Below, piece after piece: positions 38,161-47,208 of a stretch of DNA of 64,000 nucleotides. Location: positions 8,777 to 72,776 of the forward strand of contig CALDUY010000020.1 of the NCBI GenBank assembly GCA_937923405.1. The letters are read 5' to 3'. Below the pieces are notes generated by a model, which was not told where the DNA came from, ran no database searches, and was given only the letters and a program-made list of their open reading frames with translations. The stretch comes from an uncultured Gemmataceae bacterium (GTDB taxonomy: Bacteria > Planctomycetota > Planctomycetia > Gemmatales > Gemmataceae). The position numbers and the translations under genes were made by a program. The first letter of the stretch is position 1; each line of letters starts with the position of its first letter.

Positions 38161-39060
38161 TCAGACGCCCATCACATTGTAGCCACAATCGACGTACAGC
38201 ACCTGGCCAGTGATGGCGGAGGCCAACGGACTGCACAGATAGACGCAGGCGTCAGCGACCTCCTCGGGCTTGATACCGCGCGGCAGAGGGGAACGCTCGG
38301 CAGCGTAGTTGATCATGTCCTGAATCTTGCCGATCGCTTTGGCCGCCCGCGAGGCATACGGACCCGCGGAGATGGTGTTGACGCGGATGTTGCGGCGACC
38401 AAGATTCAGTGCTAGTTGCTTGGTGTCGATCTGCAATGCCGCCTTGGCAGATCCCATACCTCCGCCATAGTGTGGCACGACGCGCTCGCCGGCCAGATAG
38501 GTCAGACTGACGACACTGGTACTCTCGGGCTTGTCGGCCATCCACGGCAGCGCCGCGCGACAGAGGCCGGTCAGCGAATAGGCACTGATGCTCATCGCCG
38601 TCATATACGCTTGCCGACTCACCTCCCAGGCGGGCTTGGTGATCTCAGGGCTGAAGGCGACGGAATGAATCAGAATGTCGATTCGGCCAAACGCTTCACC
38701 GACTTTCTTCATCATGCCTTCGATCGAGTAGTCGCCATGTTCCCGTTCGACGCGCTGATAGCGGCGATCGGTTCGCGTTGCCTCGGGAACGTCGGCGAGC
38801 GTGTCGAAGCTGACGTCGCAGGGCAGGATTTTTTCGACCGCCAAGGTTCCCCCGCCACGTCGCAGCGTGCGTGCCTCGATGTCCTCCTGAGCGGTGCCCT
38901 TGAGAAAGCCTTCGACAATGGTGAGCATACGTGGATGCACGGCCCAGACGAGTTTGGCGCCGGCCTCTTGCAGTCCTTTGGAGATGTGCCAGGCGAAGCT
39001 ATCACTATCGCCGACGCCGGTGACCAGGGCCACCTTGCCCGAGAAATCGATCGGTATCAT
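38161..39060 (-). CDS. fabI: Enoyl-[acyl-carrier-protein] reductase (NADH), FabI
   Basis: GKVALVTGVGDSDS..AW, YGGGMGSAKAALQ (Y-x6-K catalytic dyad), ISAGPY. Start at internal Met MIPIDF. Confidence 0.8.
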   Translation of the reverse strand: MIPIDFSGKVALVTGVGDSDSFAWHISKGLQEAGAKLVWAVHPRMLTIVEGFLKGTAQEDIEARTLRRGGGTLAVEKILPCDVSFDTLADVPEATRTDRRYQRVEREHGDYSIEGMMKKVGEAFGRIDILIHSVAFSPEITKPAWEVSRQAYMTAMSISAYSLTGLCRAALPWMADKPESTSVVSLTYLAGERVVPHYGGGMGSAKAALQIDTKQLALNLGRRNIRVNTISAGPYASRAAKAIGKIQDMINYAAERSPLPRGIKPEEVADACVYLCSPLASAITGQVLYVDCGYNVMGV

Positions 39061-39152
39061 GTCGAACTCGCCTTCCAAGCCGCAGTTATCGAAGCATTCC
39101 CAATAAGACTCATCGTCTAGCAAATTCGGGCAACCTCGGCAAGGCGAACCGT

Positions 39153-40742
39153 TTAATCGATGCGAGGGAACAGCGGCTTGACCTTGCCGTCTTCCAGTTC
39201 TGCCGTGACACGCAAATTGTCTGGCTGAGCCAGCAGCTGGGCCGCGTCCTCATAGCGTACCTGATCCCAAGGCGTGGGGAAGTTGAAGCTCTTGTAGATC
39301 TTCTCCGCCGCCGTCGGGATGAACGGTTTGAGCAAGATGCTGGCGATGCGCAGGGACTGTACGGCGTTGAACAACACCCGCTTAGCCGCCTCTTTGTCGG
39401 TCTTGACCAGCTTCCACGGCGCGTTGGCCTCCAAGTACTGATTGGTCGGTGTGAGAAACTCCAGCACAATCGCTTGCAGGGCGAGGTTGTAGCGGCAGGA
39501 CTCGACGTGGCCGCGCACCGTGGCGACGAAGTCAGCCAGGTTCAGGTTCGGCACCACTGGCTGGGGCACCACCCCGGCTGTGTCGCTAAAGACGCGGTCA
39601 AAATTCTTGCTGGGGATGGTGATGAGACGACTGAGCAGATTGCCCAGGTTGTTGGCTAGTTCGCTGTTGTAGACCTCGGTGAAGCGGCCCCAGCTGAACT
39701 CGCCGTCGCTAGGGAAGGGACACTCGCGCAAGAAGTAGTAGCGGAAGCCGTCGGCACTGAACTTGGTGATGAGATCCATTGGCTCAGTCACATTGCCGAG
39801 CGTTTTACTCTCTTTTACTCGCTGTCCCGTCTCGTCGTCCTTGCGATAGACGAAGCCGTGGCCGAACACCTGTCGGGGAGCCTGTTCTCCGGCGGCCCAG
39901 AGCATGGCTGGCCACAGGGCACAGTGAAACCGCGTGATGTCCTTGCCGATGAACTGAATGTCGGCGGGCCAGTACTTATCGAAGGTGGCTCGATCGTCGC
40001 CGTAGCCGATCCCGGTGATGTAGGTCAGCAGGGCGTCGAACCAGACGTAGATGGTGAACTCCTCGTCAAAAGGAATGCGAATGCCCCACGATTCTCCTTT
40101 GCGCGAGATGTTAATGTCGCGCAAACCTTCGTTCTGAATGAGGCTAATCAGTTCGTTGCGTCGGCTCTCGGGTTGAATGAATTCCGGATGCGTCTGGTAG
40201 TAATCGAGCAATCGCTGCGAGAACGACGACAAGCGGAAGAAATAGCACTCCTCTTCGCGGCGAATCAGTGGTCGCTGATGGTTGGGGCACAGGCCGTTGT
40301 TCTCGGCGTGCTGTTTGTCGGTCTTGAACTCCTCGCAGCCCTCGCAGTACCAGCCGGCATACGGCCCTTTGTAGATGTGGCCGTTGTCGTAGACTTTTTG
40401 GATAAACTTTCGGCAACATTGTTGATGCCGGGCGTGGCTAGTTTGGATGAACACATCGTAGGTGATACCCAGGGCGTCCCAGACCTCGCGGAACTGTCGG
40501 GCCATGTCGTCGCAGTAGGTCTGCGTCTCCAGGCCCAACTCGGCGGCACGCTTCGACACCTTCACCGTGTTCTCGTCGTTGCCCATGAGAAACAGTACGT
40601 CGTAGCCCTGCATGCGGCGATAGCGGGCCTGTACGTCCGCGCCGAGTTTCTCAAACGCGGTGCCGATGTGTGGCCGACTGTTCGGATAGTCGATGGCTGT
40701 GGTGAGGTAGAAGCGTTCACGGGTCGACATCGAGTTCGTCAC
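39153..40742 (-). CDS. metG: Methionine--tRNA ligase
   Basis: Class I aaRS: PHIGTA (HIGH variant), KESKTLGN (KMSKS), Zn-knuckle CEGCE. Confidence 0.85.
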   Translation of the reverse strand: MTNSMSTRERFYLTTAIDYPNSRPHIGTAFEKLGADVQARYRRMQGYDVLFLMGNDENTVKVSKRAAELGLETQTYCDDMARQFREVWDALGITYDVFIQTSHARHQQCCRKFIQKVYDNGHIYKGPYAGWYCEGCEEFKTDKQHAENNGLCPNHQRPLIRREEECYFFRLSSFSQRLLDYYQTHPEFIQPESRRNELISLIQNEGLRDINISRKGESWGIRIPFDEEFTIYVWFDALLTYITGIGYGDDRATFDKYWPADIQFIGKDITRFHCALWPAMLWAAGEQAPRQVFGHGFVYRKDDETGQRVKESKTLGNVTEPMDLITKFSADGFRYYFLRECPFPSDGEFSWGRFTEVYNSELANNLGNLLSRLITIPSKNFDRVFSDTAGVVPQPVVPNLNLADFVATVRGHVESCRYNLALQAIVLEFLTPTNQYLEANAPWKLVKTDKEAAKRVLFNAVQSLRIASILLKPFIPTAAEKIYKSFNFPTPWDQVRYEDAAQLLAQPDNLRVTAELEDGKVKPLFPRID

Positions 40743-40831
40743 CCTCCCTGAGGCGGTTATAGTTCCTACATCCGTTGTACAAGACGCGACACACCAGGGC
40801 AGGGGTTCAGGTCACTCGCTGGAATCATTGC

Positions 40832-42898
40832 CTAGGATTCGACTCCATCGATGAAGCGCCGACAGTCCGGCAGAGCGTCGAGAAAGCGTTGGCCGTAGCC
40901 TTTGGTCAGCACCCGGGGATCGAGAATGAAGACCACACCGGTATCACTGGCGCGGCGAATGAGTCGGCCAAAGCCCTGCTTGAGTTTGATGACGGCCTGT
41001 GGCAGCTGGTAGTCGAGGAAAGCCTGACCGCCGGCCGCCTCGATCGCCTCCTGCCGCGCCGCCATCACGGGACGATCAGGGACAGCGAAGGGCAGCTTGG
41101 TGATGATGACGTTAGAGAGGGCTTCGCCGGCCACGTCCACTCCCTGCCAGAAACTATCGACGCCGAACAGCACCGCATTGCCCGACTGACGAAAGCGTTC
41201 GACCATCTGGCTACGCGGTAGGCCGTCGGACTGACTGAACAGCGGATAGCCCTGGCTGGCGCACCAGGTTTTGAGCCGCCCTACCGCCTTCTGCAAAAAC
41301 CCATAGCTGGTGAACAACACGAAGGCGCGGCCCTGAGTGCGGTCGATGCACTCCGGCAATTTGGCCAACACTGCTTCCTCGTACCCCGCAGGATCGGCGG
41401 AGGGATCCGGCATGTTGCGAAAAAGGTACAACTCGGCCTGTTCGCGATAGTTGAACGGACTGCCCAACTGGAGCGTGTCGCAGTCGTGCAGGCCCAGCCG
41501 ACTCTGAATATGACGAAACCCCGCCGAGGACGCCTTGGAACGGGAGCCGGTCGCACGGCGATCGCTGGTGGACAAGGTAGCGCTAGTCATGACAACAGTC
41601 GGCACTTTGTCGTACAGCAGTCGCTTGAGATCCGCCCCCACCTCGATGGGTGAGCTGCACAGTTCGATATTTGACGGCGTGCCGGGGCTGACATCAACCC
41701 AGTAAACGTGGCCGGCCAGGCGATGCCCCAACCACTGACGCAAGCCGTCGGCAAGCAGCCGGCTCCGCTGTGCCAACGCCGTAAACTCGATCTTCTGTTC
41801 CTCATCGAGATTCTTCCCTACCGCGTCGATGCAACTAGCCAGCTTGAGCAACTCCTCGGAGAGCACGTTGGCGACGATGTCGGGCTGCTGTACGCGGATC
41901 GATTCGGGTGACGACCGTGCCCCGGTGACGGCACGTCCTCCGCGTGGTTGAGCCGTGTGCCAGTGCTGTACCGTCAGGAAGAATTGCTCGGCAGCGTTTC
42001 GGCAGACCTCCAACTGCTTCGATCCGTCCTGGGTCGAAATGCAACGGAACAGGCCGCGTTGGGTGCGGGGATTGAACAGTTTGTTGAACAACCAGTCGAT
42101 CGAGCCACGGCTGATCTGGATCCCCAGATAATCGGCAGCGATATCTTCCAGCGTGTGGGCCTCGTCGAAAATGACCACCTGATAATTCGGCAGAATGCTT
42201 CCGCCCTGTTGCCGAATGGCCAAATCGCTGAAGAACAGGGCGTGATTGACAATCAACAGATGTGCGCCGAAGATCGCCTTGCGAGCGCGGAAGTAGAAGC
42301 AGTTGGCATACTCGGAACACTGCTTAGCCAGACAGTTGCCACTGTCGCTGTGGACCGCCTCCCACACCGTGGGTAAGGGGTGTAATGGTAGATCACTTCG
42401 CGAACCGTCACGAGTCTTTTTCGACCAGCGGCCGATCTGACTGAGCTGCTCGCGGAGGCTGAGTTCGGCGAAGAGGGAATCGGCGCGTTGCTGGGCGACA
42501 CGCAAGCGGCGCAAACTGAGATAGTTCGACCGCCCTTTGACCAGGGTGGCGATAAACTCCTGAGGCATCACCGCTTGGAGAAACGGAATGTCTTTGTGGA
42601 TCAACTGCTCCTGCAAGCTAATGGTGTGCGTCGAGATGACCACCTTGCAGTCGTGCGAGGCGGTCGCGGCCAGAATCGCCGGCACCAGATAGGCGAACGA
42701 CTTGCCCACGCCCGTGGGGGCCTCGACCATCAGATGGCGACGTTGGGCGATGGCGGCGGCAACGGCCTGGGCCATGTCGAGCTGTTGCGGACGTGGTTCG
42801 TACTGGGAAAGCTGGGCAGCGATGGTCCCGCGCGGGCCGAGTATGTCCTGGATCGACATGAGTTCCTTTCCATTGGCTGGGAGTGCTAATCGTCTCAT
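40832..42898 (-). CDS. dinG: ATP-dependent DNA helicase, DinG/Rad3-like (DEAH)
   Basis: APTGVGKSFAYLVPA (Walker A), VIFDEAHTLED (DEAH), C-terminal helicase motifs. Possible start at the internal Met (MSIQDIL). Confidence 0.75.
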   Translation of the reverse strand: MRRLALPANGKELMSIQDILGPRGTIAAQLSQYEPRPQQLDMAQAVAAAIAQRRHLMVEAPTGVGKSFAYLVPAILAATASHDCKVVISTHTISLQEQLIHKDIPFLQAVMPQEFIATLVKGRSNYLSLRRLRVAQQRADSLFAELSLREQLSQIGRWSKKTRDGSRSDLPLHPLPTVWEAVHSDSGNCLAKQCSEYANCFYFRARKAIFGAHLLIVNHALFFSDLAIRQQGGSILPNYQVVIFDEAHTLEDIAADYLGIQISRGSIDWLFNKLFNPRTQRGLFRCISTQDGSKQLEVCRNAAEQFFLTVQHWHTAQPRGGRAVTGARSSPESIRVQQPDIVANVLSEELLKLASCIDAVGKNLDEEQKIEFTALAQRSRLLADGLRQWLGHRLAGHVYWVDVSPGTPSNIELCSSPIEVGADLKRLLYDKVPTVVMTSATLSTSDRRATGSRSKASSAGFRHIQSRLGLHDCDTLQLGSPFNYREQAELYLFRNMPDPSADPAGYEEAVLAKLPECIDRTQGRAFVLFTSYGFLQKAVGRLKTWCASQGYPLFSQSDGLPRSQMVERFRQSGNAVLFGVDSFWQGVDVAGEALSNVIITKLPFAVPDRPVMAARQEAIEAAGGQAFLDYQLPQAVIKLKQGFGRLIRRASDTGVVFILDPRVLTKGYGQRFLDALPDCRRFIDGVES

Positions 42899-43026
42899 TG
42901 TACCGTCGAAAGGCGACGAACAGCAGGGAAGATCAAGTTCGTCGGTCCGTTCGCCGATATCTTCAGAAGAGCGTTCGTATCGAATGCTCGTAGCTCACTA
43001 GCGCGCTTGCCAACGGGGATGCTTCG

Positions 43027-43941
43027 ATGATTGAAAGCCACTTCGGGCTGAACCGCCGGCCGTTCCCGGCGACGCCTGATCTGAACTGCTACTACCCCGC
43101 GACCAGCCATGAGCGCACGGTCGCCCGGCTACTGGAAGGCTTGCACGATGGTGAGGGGATCGTCCTACTCACCGCCGCTCCTGGCATGGGTAAGACGTTG
43201 CTGGGACACCTACTGCTCGACAAATTCGGAGATTCCGTACAGGCTTCGTTTCTGTTCCACACGCACCTGCGCGACCGCGCTGGGCTGTTGCAGGCTCTGT
43301 TGTATGATCTCTCGTTGCCCCACGAAGGCCGTGGCGAACAAGAGATGCGTCTGGCGTTGATCGACCATCTGCTGGCGCGCTATCGCGACGGCCAGAAGAC
43401 TATCTTCCTCATCGACGAAGCGCATCATCTGAATTCGGATCTGTTGGAGGAGCTGCGGCTGTTGGGCAATCTGGAGGGACAAGCAGGCCGGGCAGTGCAA
43501 GTCGTGCTGATCGGCTGCCCAGAGATTCTGCACACCTTGGGACATCCCGGGCTGGCGGCGATGCGACAACGGCTGGCCGTGCGTGCCCGAATTGAGCCGT
43601 TGGGACTGGAAGAGGCCGCCGACTATTTGTTGCATCACGTTCGCGCCGCGGGAGGCCGGCCCGAGCGGATTTTCGGCATGGAAGCGTTGGAGATACTAGC
43701 GCGACAGACCGGCGGTGTTCCCCGCTTGTTGAATCAGGCTGGTCAGCTGTCGTTGAAGTTGGCTGCTGAGAATGGCCTCAGTGAAGTCGAGGTGGAAATC
43801 GCTCTGGAGGCGATCTCGTCGCTAGGACTAGCCGGAGAGAACGGCGAGGGACTGGCCGAAGACGGGGTGCTGAGCCTGTCGGGCGAAGCGAATCAGGATC
43901 CATCGTGCCGGCTGTTCATGGCTCAGGGACGATCGGCGTAA
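43027..43941 (+). CDS. ExeA/GspA-like AAA ATPase (polysaccharide/secretion-associated)
   Basis: HFGL...PF start, LLTAAPGMGKT Walker A, IFLIDEAHHL Walker B. Architecture typical of the ExeA family. Confidence 0.65.
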   Translation: MIESHFGLNRRPFPATPDLNCYYPATSHERTVARLLEGLHDGEGIVLLTAAPGMGKTLLGHLLLDKFGDSVQASFLFHTHLRDRAGLLQALLYDLSLPHEGRGEQEMRLALIDHLLARYRDGQKTIFLIDEAHHLNSDLLEELRLLGNLEGQAGRAVQVVLIGCPEILHTLGHPGLAAMRQRLAVRARIEPLGLEEAADYLLHHVRAAGGRPERIFGMEALEILARQTGGVPRLLNQAGQLSLKLAAENGLSEVEVEIALEAISSLGLAGENGEGLAEDGVLSLSGEANQDPSCRLFMAQGRSA

Positions 43942-43953
43942 AGGAGATCCGAA

Positions 43954-44886
43954 ATGGGGAAAATACGCGAGACGTTCCGCCTCGTTGCCGATGATTACGC
44001 CCCCACCCCAACCCCCGTGCTGACTCCGACGGAGAAATCATTCGCGGGAGGAGGCACCGAGGAGATGCCCTTCATCGAGATTGGCCCTCGACGTGAGATC
44101 AACGGTTCTCCGGACGTACTCGCGTGCCCCATCAGTCCCAAAAAGCTCGCTGCTACCCCTGCTGATCCAGGGCCGGATGCTCCCGTAATGACTTCCGAAG
44201 GCAAGGGGGTGGCCTTCCGTACTTTGCCCGTCTCGCCGCGTCTGCCGGAGAAGCGTCGACTTTGGTTCGCCCCCGAGTTGATCGCTTTTCACTCGCCCAA
44301 CGCTCCAACAAGTCGGCAATATGCCGACCTGCTGGCAACGATCGTCGAGGCGGCCCGCGCTCCGGGAGACGTGCGCAATCTATATCTATTCACGGGAGTG
44401 CGACCCCAAGTTGGTACAACCACGGTGTTGCTGAACCTGGCCATCACTGCTGCGCGAAAGGAGACGCGCGTCATCGTCGTGGATGCCAATCTTCGCTCGC
44501 CAGCCATCGCCGAGCGTGTCGGCCTGGAGCCGCACCCTGGCTTGACGGAGATCCTTAACGGCGACGCCACGACCCAGGAAGCCTTGCGCGCCACCGCCCA
44601 GCCGAACCTACACATTCTCGCCACGGGAGCGCCGGCAGCTCTGTGGGCCGACTCGTCCAGTCTCCGCGAACTGTTTCACGAACTTTGCGGTTTGGCGGAT
44701 CTGGTGTTCATCGACGCGCCGGCCTGGGATGGCCGCGGAGCCGCCAGCGGCCTAGCCAGCATCAGCGAAGTGGTGTTTCTGGTGGTTCCCAGCCGTGAAG
44801 CCGACTCTCCTCCCGCCACCGAACTGGTCACCAAACTGCCCGCCAAAGGCGTGCCGTTGGCCGGCTGCATCCTCACTGAGGTTTGA
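43954..44886 (+). CDS. BY-kinase/CpsD-like P-loop protein with degenerate Walker A (likely inactive ATPase)
   Basis: LFTGVRPQVGTTTVLLNLA where GxxxxGK[ST] is expected. Walker A' (VIVVDANLRSP) and Walker B (DLVFIDAPAW) are retained. Confidence 0.5.
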   Translation: MGKIRETFRLVADDYAPTPTPVLTPTEKSFAGGGTEEMPFIEIGPRREINGSPDVLACPISPKKLAATPADPGPDAPVMTSEGKGVAFRTLPVSPRLPEKRRLWFAPELIAFHSPNAPTSRQYADLLATIVEAARAPGDVRNLYLFTGVRPQVGTTTVLLNLAITAARKETRVIVVDANLRSPAIAERVGLEPHPGLTEILNGDATTQEALRATAQPNLHILATGAPAALWADSSSLRELFHELCGLADLVFIDAPAWDGRGAASGLASISEVVFLVVPSREADSPPATELVTKLPAKGVPLAGCILTEV

Positions 44887-44894
44887 AGCACCTC

Positions 44895-46046
44895 TTACAG
44901 CCGCAGATACAGCCGATGGCGTTCCAGATGGCGGAGAAACAGATAGCACAGCCCGAAGAACAGCGCGATCGCCGACAGCGCATACCACAGCGGAATATCT
45001 CGGGGCGTGTACGGATGCAACGTGCGTCCGACCATGTCGTGGATGATGTACGCGGCCAGGGCATTGGCTCCGAAGGTTTCCAGTAACGCCAACCGCCAGC
45101 CCCAGACATCGCACCCCCAGACGAACAGGGCGTACAGCGTCAGCGCGAATCCCGCGCCAAATACGAGATACGACGGACTGCCAGCCCGTTGACTCATGAC
45201 CCAGAACAGATGCGGTGCGTTCTCTGGCATCTTGCTGAGGCGATGGTACTCCTCCTTGGGAATCGCTGGGGGAACGAACGGTAACTCGGCCAGCAGCCCC
45301 GATGGTTCTGGTGCCAGAAGCCGCGACAGGCACGACAGCCCATAGCCCAGCAGCATCAGCACCACGCCTCCGAGCAATAGTCGGGCAAACACCTGTTGTG
45401 GCGTGCCGGCTCGAACCGCGTCGTAGGCCAGTGTGCCGACGAGTAACGGTGTCGTCCAGGTGAGAAAGCCCAACGGACCGCCGTCGATGCCCGGACGGGT
45501 CACGACCCAGGTGTAGTAGCCGTGATACTGAGAGAGGTACCAGAACAGCACCGCCGACAGCATCGCATAGACCACCCGAACGATCGGCCAGGAGGCGATC
45601 ACCGGCGATACCCACAGCGACGTAACCGCGATGTGCGTCAAGGTCTCGAACGGTTGACGTTGAAAGGCAGTCCAGAAGAACCCGCTCAGGCCAAGCTGAG
45701 TTAGCTCACTCCAGGATTTTACCGATCCGGTTAATCCGTGATAGATCACACCGAACAGCAGCAAGCCGGCGACGCGGACAAACAGTCGGCGATAGGCCGA
45801 CCAGGGACCAGCGCTGTTCCAACGGCGTAGAAACGTCAGCCGCATCGCGAAGCCGACTGCGAAGAGAAACTGCGGCATGATCGAGTCGGCGTAGCTGAAG
45901 TGCGTGTGATGATGGCGGATGGTTTCGGGCAAAACAGCGAAGCCCGCCGCGAAGTTGACCAGAAACATTCCCAGCACGGTGTAGCCCCGGAACTGATCCA
46001 ACGAGGCGACACGCGAGGCGGATTCTTGCGACATACTCCGGTTCAC
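44895..46046 (-). CDS. DUF1624/HGSNAT-like polytopic membrane acyltransferase family protein
   Basis: LDQFRGYTVLGMFLVNF...H..FSYADSIMPQFLF motif and ~10 TM helices. Confidence 0.45.
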   Translation of the reverse strand: MNRSMSQESASRVASLDQFRGYTVLGMFLVNFAAGFAVLPETIRHHHTHFSYADSIMPQFLFAVGFAMRLTFLRRWNSAGPWSAYRRLFVRVAGLLLFGVIYHGLTGSVKSWSELTQLGLSGFFWTAFQRQPFETLTHIAVTSLWVSPVIASWPIVRVVYAMLSAVLFWYLSQYHGYYTWVVTRPGIDGGPLGFLTWTTPLLVGTLAYDAVRAGTPQQVFARLLLGGVVLMLLGYGLSCLSRLLAPEPSGLLAELPFVPPAIPKEEYHRLSKMPENAPHLFWVMSQRAGSPSYLVFGAGFALTLYALFVWGCDVWGWRLALLETFGANALAAYIIHDMVGRTLHPYTPRDIPLWYALSAIALFFGLCYLFLRHLERHRLYLRL

Positions 46047-46813
46047 CTGCCAGTCGAGCGCGGCTGGGTCTGGCGCGCGATCAGGGCCGCGACGTAGCCC
46101 CCCTTGAATCCCGAGTCGATGTTGACCACGACGACATTGGCCGAGCAGGCGTTGAGCATAGTCAACAGCGGCGCAACGCCTTGAAAGGCTGCTCCGTAGC
46201 CGATGCTGGTGGGCACGGCAATGACCGGACAGTCGACCAGTCCGCCGACGACGCTGGGCAAGGCTCCATCCATGCCGGCCACGACCACGATAACGTCGGC
46301 GGAATTTAATCGCTCTCGATGCCGCAACAGGCGATGGATGCCTGCGACGCCAACATCAGCGATCAATTCGACGTGACAGCCCACCGCCCGGGCCGTGACC
46401 ACCGCTTCCTGAGCCACGGGCAGATCGCTAGTGCCGGCAGTCAGAACGAGGACATTACCGATCGTGGAAGTCCCTCGATCGGGACCAGGTAGCCAAAAGG
46501 TGCGAGCCATACGATCCTGCTCCGCTTGGGGAAACAGGCGAGCTAGATGCTCCGCCTGCGTTGGCGCGACCCGAGTGGCCAGGCAATCTTGCCGCGCTGC
46601 CACTAGCTGGCGAACCACGCCTTCGACCCATTCAGGAGTTTTACCCTCGCAAAAGATGACTTCAGGAAAGCCGCAGCGTGCTCGACGATGTAAATCGACG
46701 CTGGCATAGCCCAGCTCGGCCACCGGCTCCGTCCACTGCTGTAGCGCTTCACGAACGGACAGCCGACCTGCTTGCACCTGTTCCAACAAGGACCGCACCG
46801 CCTCGATGTTCAT
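46043..46813 (-). CDS. larB: LarB-like (PurE-related) nickel-pincer cofactor biosynthesis carboxylase
   Basis: N-terminal DUF plus PurE-like fold (VLVLTAGTSDLPVAQEA...; VVVAGMDGALPSVVGGL..PVIAVPTS). Confidence 0.6.
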   Translation of the reverse strand: MNIEAVRSLLEQVQAGRLSVREALQQWTEPVAELGYASVDLHRRARCGFPEVIFCEGKTPEWVEGVVRQLVAARQDCLATRVAPTQAEHLARLFPQAEQDRMARTFWLPGPDRGTSTIGNVLVLTAGTSDLPVAQEAVVTARAVGCHVELIADVGVAGIHRLLRHRERLNSADVIVVVAGMDGALPSVVGGLVDCPVIAVPTSIGYGAAFQGVAPLLTMLNACSANVVVVNIDSGFKGGYVAALIARQTQPRSTGR

Positions 46814-46900
46814 ACCACTTCCTCAGTCGAGCGAGATGAAGCCATTGTAGTGCGGGTTGACGATTGGCGAGAGGGGGCCTATCATGCTGATGTCGTTGCC

Positions 46901-46974
46901 CGGCCCCGTCGTCTAGAGGCCTAGGACACAGCCCTTTCACGGCTGCGACACGGGTTCGAATCCCGTCGGGGTCA
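46901..46974 (+). tRNA. tRNA-Glu (anticodon UUC)
   Basis: GGCCCCGTCGTCTAGAGGCCTAGGACACAGCCCTTTCACGGCTGCGACACGGGTTCGAATCCCGTCGGGGTCA. Cloverleaf with 7-bp acceptor stem, anticodon loop CTTTCAC and T-loop GGTTCGAATCC. Near-identical to canonical bacterial tRNA-Glu. Confidence 0.9.
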
Positions 46975-47208
46975 TTGTGTTGTTTCTCGTCCACGAAGCA
47001 GAAACACATCTTGTGGGAGTATCTTCCCACAGTAAAACGACTTACGGCGAACGGTGCTTCTCGGATCCTTTCCCTGCCGCGCTGCATTTTATGCCGCTTT
47101 GTGTGCTGGATTTTGCGCGCCGGATTTCGCACCTCGCTGGAAATTTTGCTCTGTTCCGCGGATAGTGCTCCGCCTTGTCCTGCTCCAGTGCTTCTGGAAG
47201 TAATCCTC

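Noticed and set aside
38416-39120. 234-aa plus-strand ORF antisense to fabI
   Set aside because: fabI frame has canonical catalytic motifs. This frame is low-complexity.
39858-40751. 297-aa plus-strand ORF antisense to metG
   Set aside because: Shadow ORF. metG carries HIGH/KMSKS.
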